DNA from: Eutreptiella sp. 'Long Island Sound 2002'
Lineage: Eukaryota; Protista; Euglenida
Direction of reading: 5' to 3'
Length of the DNA: 64,000 nucleotides
NCBI GenBank assembly: GCA_964036045.1
Contig: OZ038378.1
Span: 22,940,001 to 23,004,000 of the forward strand
Made by a program: the position numbers and the translations under genes. Under the pieces are notes generated by a model that had not been told where the DNA came from, searched no databases, and worked only from the letters and a program-made list of their open reading frames with translations. Shown piece by piece: positions 49,676 to 63,568 of this stretch; the stretch's first letter is position 1; each line of letters begins with the position of its first letter.

Positions 49676-50368
49676 CCAGTGTTGTACCAGGAATTGTACC
49701 ACCGACATTTGCATTGCGAACCAGGGCATATACCACCGCTGGACCAATGGTAGACACTGACATATTGCTGCTCAGGGCCCCTGTAGAGCCCAAGGGATGA
49801 AACTTTTTTTGGAAGATTGAGAGACATTTTGCGATTCCACATGACTCTAACTCACAGCAACGAAAAGGACCGAGATCCAGGTCACTGGGAACAAGGTCTC
49901 CCTGTCGCTGGAGCTGCACATCCGCATGCCACTCACGCCATCTCTGGCAGCTGAAGCAATGCATGGCAACAACAGGGGGTGTGACTGCCCATGTGCAGTC
50001 TCCCATGAAACATACACATTTGCAAACACGAAATGCCCCAGCGGTGTGGGTGGGTCGGCAGACTTCCCTCGTAATAGACGAGGCACACAGGAAGAGCTGC
50101 CGACACAAGGGGGTTAAGCCATCAATTGCAATGGAAATGCGTGCCTCATCTTCTGCACACGCCACACACCGCTATGAAAGCCTCAAAACTGCGGTGCAAC
50201 ACAGGGCTCACGTGCCTGCACCGCCAGAAGCATGCATGCCCACGACAGACGTGCGGCGCGACCAGCTGCTCATACCCCCCGTGCATATGCTTGGGCTTCT
50301 TGGGATACTTGTATCTGCTCATAACCACCGATGAGCTGTACTCTGGATCTTGGGGCCGCTTGTACACC
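49676..50368 (-). CDS. Candidate linker exons of the GT-like gene (50368-50276; 49780-49676)
   Basis: gcttcag|G..GG|gtatga and ctacag|G..GG|gtgaga are phase-compatible. Together they encode VYKRPQDPEY..KHMHGGGPEQQYVSVYHWSSGGICPGSQCKCRWYNSWYNT. No homology was recognised. Confidence 0.4.
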
Positions 50369-52798
50369 CTGAAGCACGGGGAAAGCGCAGCAGGGGCAAA
50401 GAGAGCTCGATCGCAGAGGCACACGCGTCCACTTGCCGCACCGGGCCTGTATTGTGCCAGGAGCGGGAAACCCTTTTAGAATCTTGCGTGCCCAAATTCC
50501 AGGCACTGCTCACCAAGGGCAGTGCACACTGGCTGAACCCCCTGCCCTCCCCAAAAGGAAGCGTTTGCCGAGCAGTTTGACAGCTCGAGGGCGGGGCTGA
50601 AATCAGCCAGTGATGGAAAACATGCAAAATATCAGACTTCGCACATTTCGGTGTTTCAAAGGACAATAGCCGTGATTGCTGTGACCCTATCAAAAATTTT
50701 TGCATGCATTTGGCGCCCATGAACTGTGGGTCTTCTGTGGCTCACTATCATCACTCAAGCAGAACCTGGCAAACCATCCGCAAAAACATGCAAAAATAGG
50801 CGGCCCACACAATCCCCCGCCCCAACCAACTGACAGTAGACATGGCCACTGGCTGCTGTCACTCCACGAAGGCAACCGCTTTTCCAAAAAACAAAAGTGT
50901 AGAACACCTGCGGAGGGTCTGTCTTTGCCGTGAATTGGTGATGTGTCAGGTGAAAAGTCAGGTCGATCACATGCGCTGCAGAAGGGACCTGTACACCCCA
51001 ACCCCTGCAAAGGGGTACGATGCGTGCTCCCCATCGGAGGTGGCATTGGATGTGGACGGACTCAGAGCCTCGGCAGCAGCAGAGACATTGTGAGTGAGGG
51101 CCAAGAACACGGGTGCCAGCATCCCTAAGGGCCAGGCCACGGAGTTCATTGAGAATGGGGACAGGGTCCGGCGAGAGGCTGCAGTGCGCAGAAGACTACC
51201 CTTCAAATGTCAGGTGGTGCCCCAGAATGAAAGACACAAAAACTGTGCAAAACTTAGCATCTCGAAATCTATTTCGTTCACACTTCACAGAGAAATGCCC
51301 ATGGAGGGGGACTTGGCACCCGGAACACTGCTTAGGGCATCCTGGGTCTGGATGGAGGCGTAGCCAACATTGCGTTCATCCGCAAAGGGGGTGAGAGCTT
51401 CAGGGACCCAACCAGCACATCCTTGGAAAACCGAACGAACCACAAATGTCCCATCCTTACGGGTGATGGGTGGGCAGGGTGCTCTCAAGAAAAAAAAACA
51501 GTGGGTGCGCCAACCCTCAATATTCACAGTGGTATGATTGCGCTCCCGGTCGCACATCACCGACATGTGGCCAACTAATTCTACCAGACGGCAGTGTCAG
51601 TCAATTTCTGTGGTGCAACGGATGGCACCAGGAAAAGCGGATTCTTTGGTTCGCGCCATTGTAGTGGTGCCACGCTTGTGCTCCCGTTGAATGGGGGCCA
51701 AGTTGCTTCTGCCAATGCACCAGCGCACACTGGTGCACATGCACTGCCAAGCAAATGCGGATTGTGGGGAGGCATTCCACATTTGCATGCCCGAGGTCGC
51801 TTGTATCATGCACGGAGGGGTGTGTTTGTGTGTGTCACATGGCAAGTCTGCTATGCGCAGCCGACTCAGGTGTGCGCAAGCGCCCGGTCTGTGTTGACTG
51901 GTGCTTCGCGCATCCCATACGCATAGGCCTTGTACAGGGCTGCCCTGTAGGAGTGGAGTCTCCCTAGGGCAGTTGCCCCGCCAACGTGCGCCTCAGCAGC
52001 ACCGTCCCCTCCCCCCTTCTCGCTCCCTTATGTGGCTCTTGAAAAAATGTGTAGGAGTTGAGGTAGTTGAGTGGTATTGTTAATGGGAGGTGCTAAGTTG
52101 CTTTGGTGAGGGCAAATGGAGGAGCTGCATGTGGGCATGGAGCACTGGTTTTTGGCAGCTGTTGGACAACGTCTGGAGTTGTATCGATGTTGTTGGAGGG
52201 GAAATATTGGGAGAGTTTGGGTAGTGTGATTGGAGTTTGGTCGTGGGATCATGCGCCATATTCTGACACGGGGATGTTTGGTGGCTTGGTAACTTGGTAA
52301 TTGTGATTGATAATCAGGTGGAGGAGGTGGAAGTCTGGGGTGGGGTTTCCATTGCTTGATGGTTTCCAGTGCGTCTTTGAGTAGATTGTACCTAATTCTG
52401 TTCAGCACGAGCAAAGTACCCCATCAAAGCACATCACAGCAGCCCCACAATCCACCACTGCACGGCCCCCTCAAAAACAAAAACACTGCACTACAACTCA
52501 CTACCGCAAATACACCAAATCTTATTGGGTCCCACATTCAGACACGATTCAATCGTGGCCCTCTGGCCTACACCTATCTTTTCTCCACCTGGTTTCCAGA
52601 CCTGTGGAAGGAATTGAACCCATGCGGGCAACACCCAGAAACAGGCGAAGCTCAGAGGAAGCAGGGCCTTATTCATTCTGTATATGGTTCACCTCTGCAC
52701 AGGCCCTTTTAATCCAAACTTCACATTAACCTGTGGCTTTGGCTCGTGCTGGTGTTTGTGTGGCCTTGTCAGTCCCTGCATTTTCTTCAGCGGTCAAC

Positions 52799-54980
52799 CT
52801 GAATTCCGCCGCCAGGCCAGTTTTCATAGTCTTCTCATTTTCAGAGGCCATACTGATGACCGGCTTCTTTCCAATTCCCAACCGCCCTTGCATCAGCAAC
52901 CGATGGTGTGTCTCTGGCACGGATCCAAACATCCCAGCATGCCAATGGTTCCAGCAGGAAGGCTCGCCCATGGAGGATGCAGCAATCAAAGAGTTGATGC
53001 TCGATCAATCATTGCATATGATCTGCATTTGCACGTGCACTACAAGTGCGCAGCAGCCTTCCTTCTGTTGTGGAACCCCGCAGTGCATCGCTTGGTCTTG
53101 GGTGTGAAACGACGCCCCCCCCCCCGCCCCCAAAAAACCACATTGTTTCCCTGTTCCATCTGCTCATTCAACGGACCATCCCCTCCCTCTGCCGGTTTGT
53201 GTGCCATACACACTGGTCATGCCGCCGTTGACCCCCGTTGTGGATGGATTTGCCATGTTTGACGCCACTGCGCCGTGCTTGCTTCCCATGTGCTACCTGT
53301 GACAGGCCACTCTCAATGTCCCACTGCCTGGGAACACTGGCACAGTGGCGGCGAAAACTTTGGCCCCACACGGAGAACCGGGAGGGAGAGGCAGCGGAGG
53401 GGAAGAGGGGGAACCATAAAAAGAGGCACAGAGAAGGGACAGGTCACAAAAGGGACTGGGAGGGAGCGCAATGGCACACAATACCATGCGATCCCTCTGG
53501 CTCGGAGGCCGGCAGTCGCAAGGATCCCAATCCTTCGCTGAGCATGTGCTTGAGGCAGAGCCGGGGACTGAATGGGGCGACCAACAGCGATTCGAACGGC
53601 ATTAAGAGGACAAAGGGGGTCAAGGCATGCTTCAATGCCAGCGCCACAAGGGCACGTATATCAGGCGCCTGAATCTGTAGCATTCTGCGCGAAGTGAGGG
53701 GGGGTTGAATGGAGCGGGAGTGGCCTCAGGTAGTGGCTTCCTGGGTGTCCCTGAGAACTCTCAAAATCCCCTGGAAATGACCCGCGCAACACAGGACAGA
53801 CACCGGATATGATCGGTGCAAGACATTGTGACACGGTTGTGGCAAAGGCCCATGGGGCCATCGAGCTGATGAAGGTGCGGCGAATATTGAATGGCGGATG
53901 GGATTGAACCCCCCCCCCCCGACTTGTGTATATTCCAAATGCTCAGAATGAAACAGAGCATTCAAACATGCCCCGAACACGAAACCCCCCCCCGACCCCT
54001 GTGCTCACGCCGCGGGGGTTGGGGTCTGGCACTGAACTGAACCCTTCCCCCCGTAATACGGTGTGTCTTGTGGGTGGCCAATATCTTCCCTCTGTTCTTG
54101 GACTTCATGCATCACGTGTGTACCTCAAGCTTCAACACAAGTGTCTCTCGCATGCTCGCGGTGACAAGCTTGATCTAGGCGTCTGGTCGCAACTCGCTTT
54201 CCCAGTCTGGGGTCGATCGAATGGACAAAGCACAGGGGTATTGGGGCGGGGCGCATGCATGTCTGGGGCACCCACATGTTGCGCTGGTAACTCCTCCTCG
54301 GCCAGCCCCGTAGGCCCCGTGACGGTGAAGCATCGCAAGCTGCGGGCGATGACCACCTACACCACCGCAACATCCCTTTGGCCCACCCTCCGTGACAGCG
54401 AGTGAGGCAGTGCGCGGTACACAGTGGGCGTATATTGCGGACCGGTGTGGGAGGGGCCCTAAGAGGCAAATCTCGTTTTGTTCGGCAAATGGACAGCGAA
54501 TGCAGGCGCTTCACGGGGGCGGGGGGAGGGTGGGTTGGCAGCACTTGCCACAGAACGACGCTGGTGGAGCTGGCGCTGCTGGAGGCAGCGATCACAGTAC
54601 ACCGTCACACACGCATCTCAGTACAGGTCAGGCGCCGCAGGCGCCCCTTGAGTTTCTTGTCAGTTCTTGGCAGCACTTGGGGGCAGGGGTCCGGAGGGCT
54701 CGGGCCCTCCTCCCATGCAGTCCTCCACTCCTTCCCCAGGGACGGGGCACAGCATCAAACATGCACCTGATATCCCGGAAGAAAGGATTACCCTGGCGCA
54801 GCTGCCGAGCCACTTCGTACTGCAGCTGTGTGCAATTGGCACAGGACTGGGGACGCTCGCTGGTGAAGGGGACCAAGAGTTTGGGGCATGTTCGTAGATC
54901 GAGGGCCAAGTGCAGGCTTTGCAACACCGCGTGCAGCATCGGAATGTCCACTGAGAAATGCAGCGACTGGGAGGCGCGGC
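52799..54980 (-). CDS. Diverged first copy of the GT-like domain (exons ~54980-54767, 53684-53485, ~53000-52799)
   Basis: VLQSLHLALDLRTCPKLLV aligns with VLQSLWQMPDLRQCKRLLV. ALKHALTPFVLLMP aligns with AMKAVTTPFVLVLQ. Donor AG|gtgcat (54767) and acceptor gcgcag|A (53684) are in phase. Confidence 0.6.
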
Positions 54981-55149
54981 AGACGGAGCAAGTTAGTGCC
55001 CAGATCTCAATATCCCCCCCACCCCCTCGCCAATGCCATTAACCCCCGCCCTCCGCGCGCCTATTCAACCCCCAGTGGCTGGCGCCCCAATCAAAGCCTG
55101 CTGTCCCCATCCCTTCCCAGCCGCCTTTCGGGGATGCCTGTCCGCTCCG

Positions 55150-55330
55150 CCCTAACCACTTCTGCCCAGCCCCAATTACCCACCAACCGTTTTGCAACCG
55201 CCATCATGGCTACTGCAACCGCTTTCCAACCGCCAGTAAACGCTGTTGCAGCTGCTCTCGAACCTCCCTTCAGCCTCCCTCCCCTTTCAGCGGAGCCCTG
55301 GCTGGGACCCCCCCATCCACCGTACCCAAC
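55150..55330. repeat. Dispersed ggcggttg/aaccgcc repeat family (also 2225-2350, 9735-9830, 47140-47210)
   Basis: The reverse complement matches 2235-2320 (agggggagggaggctg..cagtagcc..ggcggttgcaaaacggttgg). Confidence 0.65.
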
Positions 55331-58300
55331 ACTCTTTCCGACCCAAGCTACAAAATCACTTTGCACACAGCAACGCCCCACCATCAAACATGGCTGCAAA
55401 ACACACTTCGAAAGTGCTGATGCGAAATCCACCACACCTTCAGGGCCGGCCATGGCGGGGCAAGAACCCCATTCGAAGCCAAAGCCCCAATGACGTCCCC
55501 AACACTCACAGTTCCGGCGGTGCACTAAACGAATCTGCAGTGGGCTTTACAGCGGAAAGGGCGTGGGGCATTGTAACTCGGCGGGGGCTCCACACGTCTG
55601 CAGTCTTACTTTCTTGGGGTCTACCCAAAGGCATCTTTGCCTTTGGATCTTTGCCGTCGTGCCCGACACATTATCATGCAACATTGGCTACAAAAGGGAG
55701 TTCTGAAAATTTGCACACACGGTTTTTTTCGTGCGTATCTCCTGTCTTCCCCTTGCAGCACAACAACCCAGTGCCCACAGCCACACCGCCTCCAGCGTGC
55801 TACATCTTATGGTCTGGGATTGGAAACCAGGCTCTTTACAAAATGCGTGTCGTGGCCTGTGCCTTGTTCTGAGGACACGCGTTTTGCTAGGGAGTGCCTA
55901 CTGCAGGACTCAAAGTGTCCCCGTCTTCAAGCACAATCAAATATTATGGAACCCGCAGAGCGGGGGACAGAGATCAAGAGTGTGGGCAGCAACACAAACA
56001 TCGACAACAATGGCCACCAAGCAAATGTCCACAAACCTGATGTGATTACAACGACGATGGTAAGGCGGTCCTCAACCCATCGACTACTCAGATCTCCTGT
56101 GCACAAAGGCGAAGTGGATCACTTGATGGGAAGAGAGCGTCAGGCGTGCAACTGTGTGCCACGCTGCTATTGGGCCCTTCAACGCCACCCCAACCTCAGC
56201 GTCCTCGACAATAACGCCATAACACTTGCCCCTGGGCCCTGCATGCGATCAGGATCAGAATTTCTAGTACCCATGCTGTGCCTCCCAAGCCTTTGTGTAG
56301 GGGAGCCAGGGGAGGGGGCGGCATGCACAAATCCTTAGACCTGGCAAGTACACTTATCATCGCTCTGCAGAGGCATGCCCATCTGTATAAATGTGTCCTG
56401 TACCTGGACGCCCTTTAGAAGACTCATTGCAAGCGCAATGCAAACCCTCCAGATCATCGAACTCGACTCATTGTTATCGACATGATCCCTGTGAGAGTCC
56501 TTTTCTCTGTTTGAAACTGTCCAGTAGAGTGCGACACGCTGAGGAACATGGCACCGGCACATCCGACATACGGTCCGAGGTCATAAAGGCAGCCCCCTCC
56601 ATCCACTGGGCCAACGTTGAGAATTTCAACACTGACCACGGAACAACAGAGACCGTGGGCTGGTAACCCCCCCCCCGCCCCCCCCCCGCCCCCTCCATTC
56701 TGCATCGCGCCAATGACATCAACAGCAATTGTAGGCAACATCGTTCTTCACTCTCCTATAGACCTTACAGCTTTGGTGCAGCAAAAAGTGGAAATTATTT
56801 TGTCCCTCCCTCTCCCACTGATGCTTCAATTGCCGGCCCCAATCATATGCCTTGCAATCTAGAAAGCAGCCTCCTTCAGTTCCCCGACCCCACCACACTC
56901 ATGTGGGGCCAGGGAAGCTACCACCTCAGGCCTGTGCTGACACACCTCAAGTCTTGACACATAGCCCGCCTTCGGCGCAAGCTGAGACCCAACCCAACCC
57001 ACCCCCGGCGGGTTAATAAGCACAAGCCTGGCCCCTAGAACGGGGAGGGGGGGGGTTGACAAAGCACCTCGTCGGCCCCCCACCATGACAGTCCATTATC
57101 GCCCCGACTCTGGGAGGTCCAGTAAGTACACCAATGCAGTGGGGACGCCTGCAGCTCCTGGACTGATCCACAGGGGTACAGGCGGCGCTGCACACAGTGC
57201 TAGACCAGCGGGGGGCGTCCTGGTGGATGGAAGGTCCTGGGGCGTGCTGAGCACTTCCCTGCCCCGGGAGCACTCGAGAGAGCGGAGCCCCGTAGTGAGC
57301 CCGCTGCGCCTTGGCAACCGCAGACGAGACGGGACCCTGAGAGCTACACCACTCGCCGACCCCTCCTGTGAGTAACCCGGGGGGTGTGCCAAAAAGGCTG
57401 AAAGAGTATGCCGGGGGGTAACCGGGGGGGGGGGGGGGTGTTTGGGGCCCTAGCCCTGACCGACAGACCGACCACCCACATCAGAGAAATTTTCCACAAA
57501 TAAAGAAATTTCTAAAAGAGGCCCGAAACTGGAGGCCGGTTTTGGGTACACAAGCTGTTTTGGCCTCTAACCCACCCACGCACAGCCCCCTCCATGGGGG
57601 AGGGTGCCCGTCACGTCACACTAAGCAAAAGCCTGCCGGGGGCCCGGTGGGGCTGCCACACCTGGTTGGCCTCAGCACATCACCCCATTGCTCAGTGCAC
57701 AACATTGTACCTTCCAAATACAAAGAACTGTTGCTGAACACCACGGGGGCGAGGTCCGCATAGCGCCACACCAATTCACGGCGTTGAAGGTCCCCCACAA
57801 CAAGGTCAGCACCCTCAGAGCCTAAGAGGACAGGGCATGCGTGTCACCCACTGCCCGGCATGGGGCAGCTGGTCGCACAAATCCAATTGCCGGGGAAAGG
57901 GGAGGCAGGGGGGCGCTCAGAAGGGGAGGGGAGGGCTGAAGGAAGGGGGTTCATAAATGGCCATTGAAACCTTCGGTGACGAAGGTGCCACAAACTTCTT
58001 CCGACAGCAAAATGGACAACGTCTTTTCCCATACAAAACCATTGGATGCCCCATCAAAAGTAATCAGCGAAGACCACTGAATCAGTAGAGGTATGCGACT
58101 TGGGGCAACAACAAATTCGGAAGCAGGCTGCTCCCAATCACAGACCAGCCCACAGCCCGATAGCATGCCCACATCCCCAAAAACGAGAACCAGTTCTTAA
58201 CTTTGGTCCAACCAGTGGCTGTCTGGCTGAGGGTTCCTGTTTTGGGGCTGTTTCTTCACTTTTTGTCCATATTGCTTCCTCATTGTACCACCAGAAACAA

Positions 58301-60333
58301 GGATGTGCCCGCACTTTCACCCTGCCCACTAATAGCGCTGTAAGCAGGCGTCTGAGTCTGTGAAACACAAGGCCAAACTGACGCAAACAGAAGCAGGGGG
58401 CTTGCCGATGCTGTTGCCCATTGTTTGCATGCTGCTTGTCAGCGTCGGACGCAGTTCTTATCTTTGGCACACTCCGTGCAAAACCCCAGGTAGTTGTTAT
58501 GTTTGGGGAGGGGGTTTGACACTTCCCCCTGCCACCTGTCAGGGCCATACCCATGGCTTTAGGGGCCCCGAAGACCAGGCCAGCGTGCCCTCTGCCTTGC
58601 GCCTGCCCTACCCTAGTCCCACCCCAGATTCAACCACTGTTCAACCACGCCCACCACGTTGGCCTGCTCCTCCTATCATGTCATGTACAGTGCATGAGGA
58701 CGTGTGCACATGGAACTGCGTAGAACCCCCCCTTCCTTTGCGAGGCACCTTCAATTGCACAAAACCTCTCAGTCTCTTGGTGAGTCTGGACAATGCCGGG
58801 GGGTCGTTGCAAGATTGATGGTTTCATCACCTGCTGCACCTCAGCACAGTGGCATTGCTCACCCAAGGAGTGGCAGAAGGGCGGGCACTGCTATGCGGGA
58901 GGTCCAGGTGGGAGCACAGCAATTGGAGGCCACCCGATGGTGGTTGGAAGCTGCCCAGTAGCGGTTGGATGCTCACTGATGGTGAAAAGCTGTACCACAA
59001 TTGTGACCAACAGTTGTCAGGGGGAGAACGTTTCGTCCCTCTTTCTTTCCAGCCATGATCGCATAAATGCATTTGGCAGACACAGACCTTTGGGCTCCGC
59101 TGGGTGCTGCAGCAACTCCTCATGTTGGAGGTCCCCCATGTTGTGTGGCGTTGGGGTAGACTGTGACATGGGTGGGTCTGGGGCAAGCCATGGCACTCCC
59201 CCGATGAAGGAGCCCACTACTACCAGCCCCAACACCACAGGGATGTACCAAATCATGCCTCATATGCCTAGCATTCTGTGAAGAAGGGAGGGGTGAGCTT
59301 GTGTAGGGAGGGGCACAGGGTATTATGGAGCATGGGCCCCATTTATCCGGACCATTCACCGAGATGCTTGCACATGACTACCCTCCTCCCACACATGCCA
59401 ATGACCATTTTTGGCCATACTTACCATCCCTGGGTATGGGGGCATGTACAAGGAGGGCCCTGTTTACCCATTAACAACATCAGGGTCCTGGAACAGGCCT
59501 GTGGTACCATTGACCATATGAACGCCACGCTACTTGGCAGCCCTTGCACCAGAGTATACAATTCAAATTTGGAAGGGCGTGGATGGAATGGTGGCAGTAT
59601 GGATAATATTGATCACCCACCGAAGCAACCAAGGAAACCAAGACATCCTAAGTAACCCAGACCTAACAGCCCCTCATTGCTCAACCTTGCTAACGAGGAT
59701 GCGCGATACTGAGGGATACTCAGGAGATGCTTGGGTCTACCCATGAGACATGCGATAGCCCATAACCCCGGACGAAGTCAGGGCAAAAGTCCGAACAGAT
59801 CCAGCTGCAGTAGTCATTCGTGAAATAGCGGAGAACAATTGGATGTAAGTTGAGTGATTTACACAGTCACACAAAAGACATGGCAGTGCACACTGGCTGT
59901 AGTACCTGGGAGCCAACCAGCCCTTATGAGCACCCCCATGCGCACTCCCTGCAACCCCGATTTTCCCGTTTTCATCTTGTCCTCCTTTTTACTTTGAAAC
60001 TTTGAACACAACTGTGCTTTTCCACTCCCTTGAGGTACCATGTTATCAACATCCAACCCACTTGCACTGTACATTGACTGATGCGTCACGTCACTCTCTG
60101 AAAGCCTTCCGAATACTTTTTCATTTCCTCCAAGCCCAGGGACGTTCCAGAATTCAAAAAATCCAAAAACTGCACTCGAACATCCTCCCTGCTCAATGGG
60201 CCCTTGACATCACACGGCGGTGGTTGACCACACAACATGTTACACAAAACAACACCAAGCGCAAACATGTCCACTGCTTTACGTGCTGTAGCATCTCCAT
60301 GTGTCTTGCCCCCCCGCTGCAAGGCAGCAACTA

Positions 60334-61372
60334 CAGGGGGGGGGGGGGGGTTTGCCAGGGGACAATTTCGACGGGGGGAAAATTTCGCTACCTCCAGGAA
60401 TCCTGAGGCTTGTTGTCATATACTAGTGGGCTCTGGATGATCCCTGTTATTTCTTGGTGGGCTCTGGATGGTTCCTGTTATTTCCTGGTGGGCTCTGGAT
60501 GGTTCCTGGTATTTCCTGGTGGGCTCTCGATGGTTCCTGTTATTTCCTGGTGGGCTTTGGATGGTTCCTGGTATTTCCTGGTGGGCTCTGGATGGTTCCT
60601 GTTATTTCCTGGTGGGCTCTGGATGGTTCCTGGTATTTTCTGGTGGGCTCTGGATGGATCACCGGCACGAAGATCGCACAACAATGACAAACACTTTTCT
60701 GTCACACCGCAGGGTTGCTAAGGCACTGTACCAAAAGACACAGCTGGAAATTGCACGTCCCAGTGGCTATTGCACGGGCAGGAGATTGATATATTGCTGG
60801 ACAGGCAGCACCGACATCAGTACAACTATGAACGTGCCTTACCCAGCCGCTTCTTGCGATGGCGCATGAAAATGAAATCTGCTCCCCCAGATCCGGTAAT
60901 TGCAGGCGCAGCAGGGCGAGTCTTCCGCTTTTTTAAAGCATCCAGGATTCTCAATGCATGACCATCCAAAACACCACACTTTTCAAGTGCAGACGCATTA
61001 ATCAAAGATTTGTCCTGCTCACTCCTTTGCGCACGAACACGGCCCGTCTGCACGTCTCTGCCACTGTCGCTGTCACTGTCACTACCACTGCTGCTACCAC
61101 TGTCACTGTCACTGTCACTATCAGTGTCCCTCTTTTCAAAACCTGGAGCAACACGGCATTCCAATGCATTCTGGGCACAACCACTGCATGTTGCAAACAA
61201 AAACATCCCTGGTCCCTTCTCTCTGCTTGGTACACCGCTGCGCATGTCTGAATTCACAGTACTCACCTGTCACACGCTGCAAAAATTTCGCCAGGGGGAA
61301 ATTTGGCCACTTTTCTTAACGGCACTTTTCCCCGCGAAATTCTCCCCTCCCGAAAATTTCCCCCCCCCCCTG
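60334..61372. mobile_element. TA-flanked MITE-like element with CAGGGG../..CCCCTG termini
   Basis: TA|CAG(G)n at 60332-60334 and (C)nTG|TA at 61372-61374, with subterminal ggggaaaatttcgc motifs shared with the 45.2-kb MITE. Confidence 0.55.
60425..60659. repeat. 31-bp tandem repeat, ~7.5 copies
   Basis: ggtgggctctggatggttcctgttatttcct, period 31 (60426, 60457 and onward). Confidence 0.9.
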
Positions 61373-62806
61373 TACCTCAGATGCCAAAAAGAAGCGGTTT
61401 CAACCTGACGGAAACTCAACTTGCTCCCCTTTGGGGATTTGGATGACAAGCCCAAAATCATAGAGAACCACATGCATCCCTGCCTCAATCATAATACTAC
61501 TTGGCTTTAAATCACAATGCTCAACTACATCCAATACTTGCGTGAACCTTTAAAGGGCCCTTGGTCAAGGGTTCCATCATGGAATACCCCGGAAGGAGCT
61601 GCGGGACCAAAAATACTTTGCACCATTGTGGACATGGTCCAAATACTCAACCATGTTGGGGAGTGAGAGCTTCTTTTTTTTTCTGTTCTAACACTAGGAC
61701 ACTTCGTGCTATTAAGGCGGTCGGTGTTCATGGTCATCATGGCCTAGGTTGGTAAGGTTAGGTACTATGTACAGCGTGCGTGTGGGGCACGCCTCCATAC
61801 ACAGACGCCGGTGGGGGTTCAATCCTGTTGCCATTGTACACATCATGCAAGGTTGTGACCTGCCACGGCTCATATGGTCCTCACCTGCTGCGTGTAAATC
61901 AGGTGGAGCCGCGCATGCAGAGACAACGTAGGGAGGTATGGTTGTGCATATGAGTTAAAACACAGCAACGAGGTTGCAAGCTGCTCTGAAAAGCAAGGTT
62001 GTGGGGGGTGACCGAGTGCCGAAACCCGAACCGCATGCCGAGCATGGCGGCGTGCCATGCTGACATAATTTTTCAGAGCAACTGTGTGATCCGGCATGCA
62101 GTGAGGTGATAGTGAGCTCGGACATTGGCAGCCAATGTCGTTAGGTGGTGGTCCACATGCGATGAGCACGGGCAGCACACTGCACTCCACAATATGTCGG
62201 CGAACCGCCCCCAAAAGGCCCCCAAAAGCCGAAGAATTTGTGCGCATTGGCCGCCGACAGCCCCAAATCAAAAGCAGACCATATCTTGGGCTACGTGGCT
62301 CAAAACGCGATATCGAGCGCACCTAATCCACCCGCATGTTCTAGGGCGGTTTTGGGCAACAAAAAAAAGGCTGATTTTGGCCCTAAATTGCAGATTTTGA
62401 AATGGAGGTCCGGCGCTTGCGACGCCCGTTCCCGACCGCCACCGTTGAGTTTCTGGCTCATACTTTGTGTGGTTGTCCCTCACGCGCATAGGTAGCATCT
62501 ACCAAAATTTTGGCCGAATCCGAAGCACCACGACGGAGCTGTGGTTTTTCCCCATTTCGCGCGTGTTTGCTGCTTGCTGCTTGCTTGGTGCTTGCTGCTT
62601 GCCTGCCAAACCTATTGGGTCCACCCTAGACACTAACTAAAGACTAAAGAGGGTTATAAAACCAAGACCGGTTCCACCAGCTCGGTGACTCTATCCCTAC
62701 CCCTAACCCTAAACTCCAGCGCCTGGGCAGGGAGGGGTGCCACGTGGGCAAGGGGGGGTGCCTCCCATCCACGCTCCAGTGCCTGGGCAGGGAGGGGTGC
62801 CATGTA

Positions 62807-63568
62807 CCCTTCGTGAACCGGCCGTTTGAATCCGAGATTCACGGTACCGTGAATTTCACCAATTTTTGCTTTGTTTTGCTCGTAACTTGGCGCCATCGTT
62901 TGCGTTTCTTGTGCCATCTTCGCCAAAACGTTGTCCTTAGAAATGTCTTGAAATTTGATGTTTAACCTTGTTGGTAGCTTGATAATGTTGGGCTCAATCA
63001 CCGTGAACGCAACGTGAATTTACCAAATTCACGCATGCGTGAATTTGCGTGAATTTCACGTGAATTTGGGTGATTTTTTGCTGAGATTTGGAAATTTCGG
63101 AAATTCGTACGAAATTCGTACGAATTTCGTGCGAATTTCGTACGAATTTCGTACGAATCTGGAGATTCTGGTGAAATTCGCAGAAAGCGCGCGCGACATT
63201 CGCACGAATTTCGTACGAATCTGCCAAATTCGCACGAATTTCGTACGAATTTCCTACAAATTCGTACGAAATTCGTACGAAATTCGTGCGAATTCCTCAA
63301 ATTCAGGCCCAACGGGCCGGGGAAGGAATTCCCGGATTTTTGTTCGGCGCCGTTTGGGCCTGATGGGTCCGTTTGGGATGGGACCTTCATTGAATCATGG
63401 GGACTGAAAATGAAACTTGACTTTTGCCCCCTCTAATGCGTCATATTGGAGCTAAAATGTAGTGTTTTCTCAAAAAAAAAAAAACACCAAAAATGGGTCA
63501 AATTCGCGTGAAATTCACGACCGTGAATCTCGGATTCAAACGGCCACTTAACGCCCGTTCACGAAGGG
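62807..63568. mobile_element. MITE with ~40-bp TIRs and TA flanks, containing 11-bp palindromic internal repeats
   Basis: Left end cccttcgtgaaccggccgtttgaatccgagattcacggt; right end accgtgaatctcggattcaaacggcc(+10 nt)cgttcacgaaggg. TA at 62805-06 and 63569-70. Confidence 0.8.

Noticed and set aside
54520-54700. TVIAASSSASST / KKLKGRLRRL frames as GT exons
   Set aside because: Superficial similarity only; an in-frame TGA and no acceptor, and the 54767 to 53684 join already restores the alignment
61736-61830. Functional tRNA gene (also 46966-47034 and ~13385-13445 on the minus strand)
   Set aside because: A/B-box-like motifs are present but no complete cloverleaf; at most tRNA-derived SINE remnants
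62695-62712. Telomeric CCCTAA repeats
   Set aside because: Only about two imperfect units
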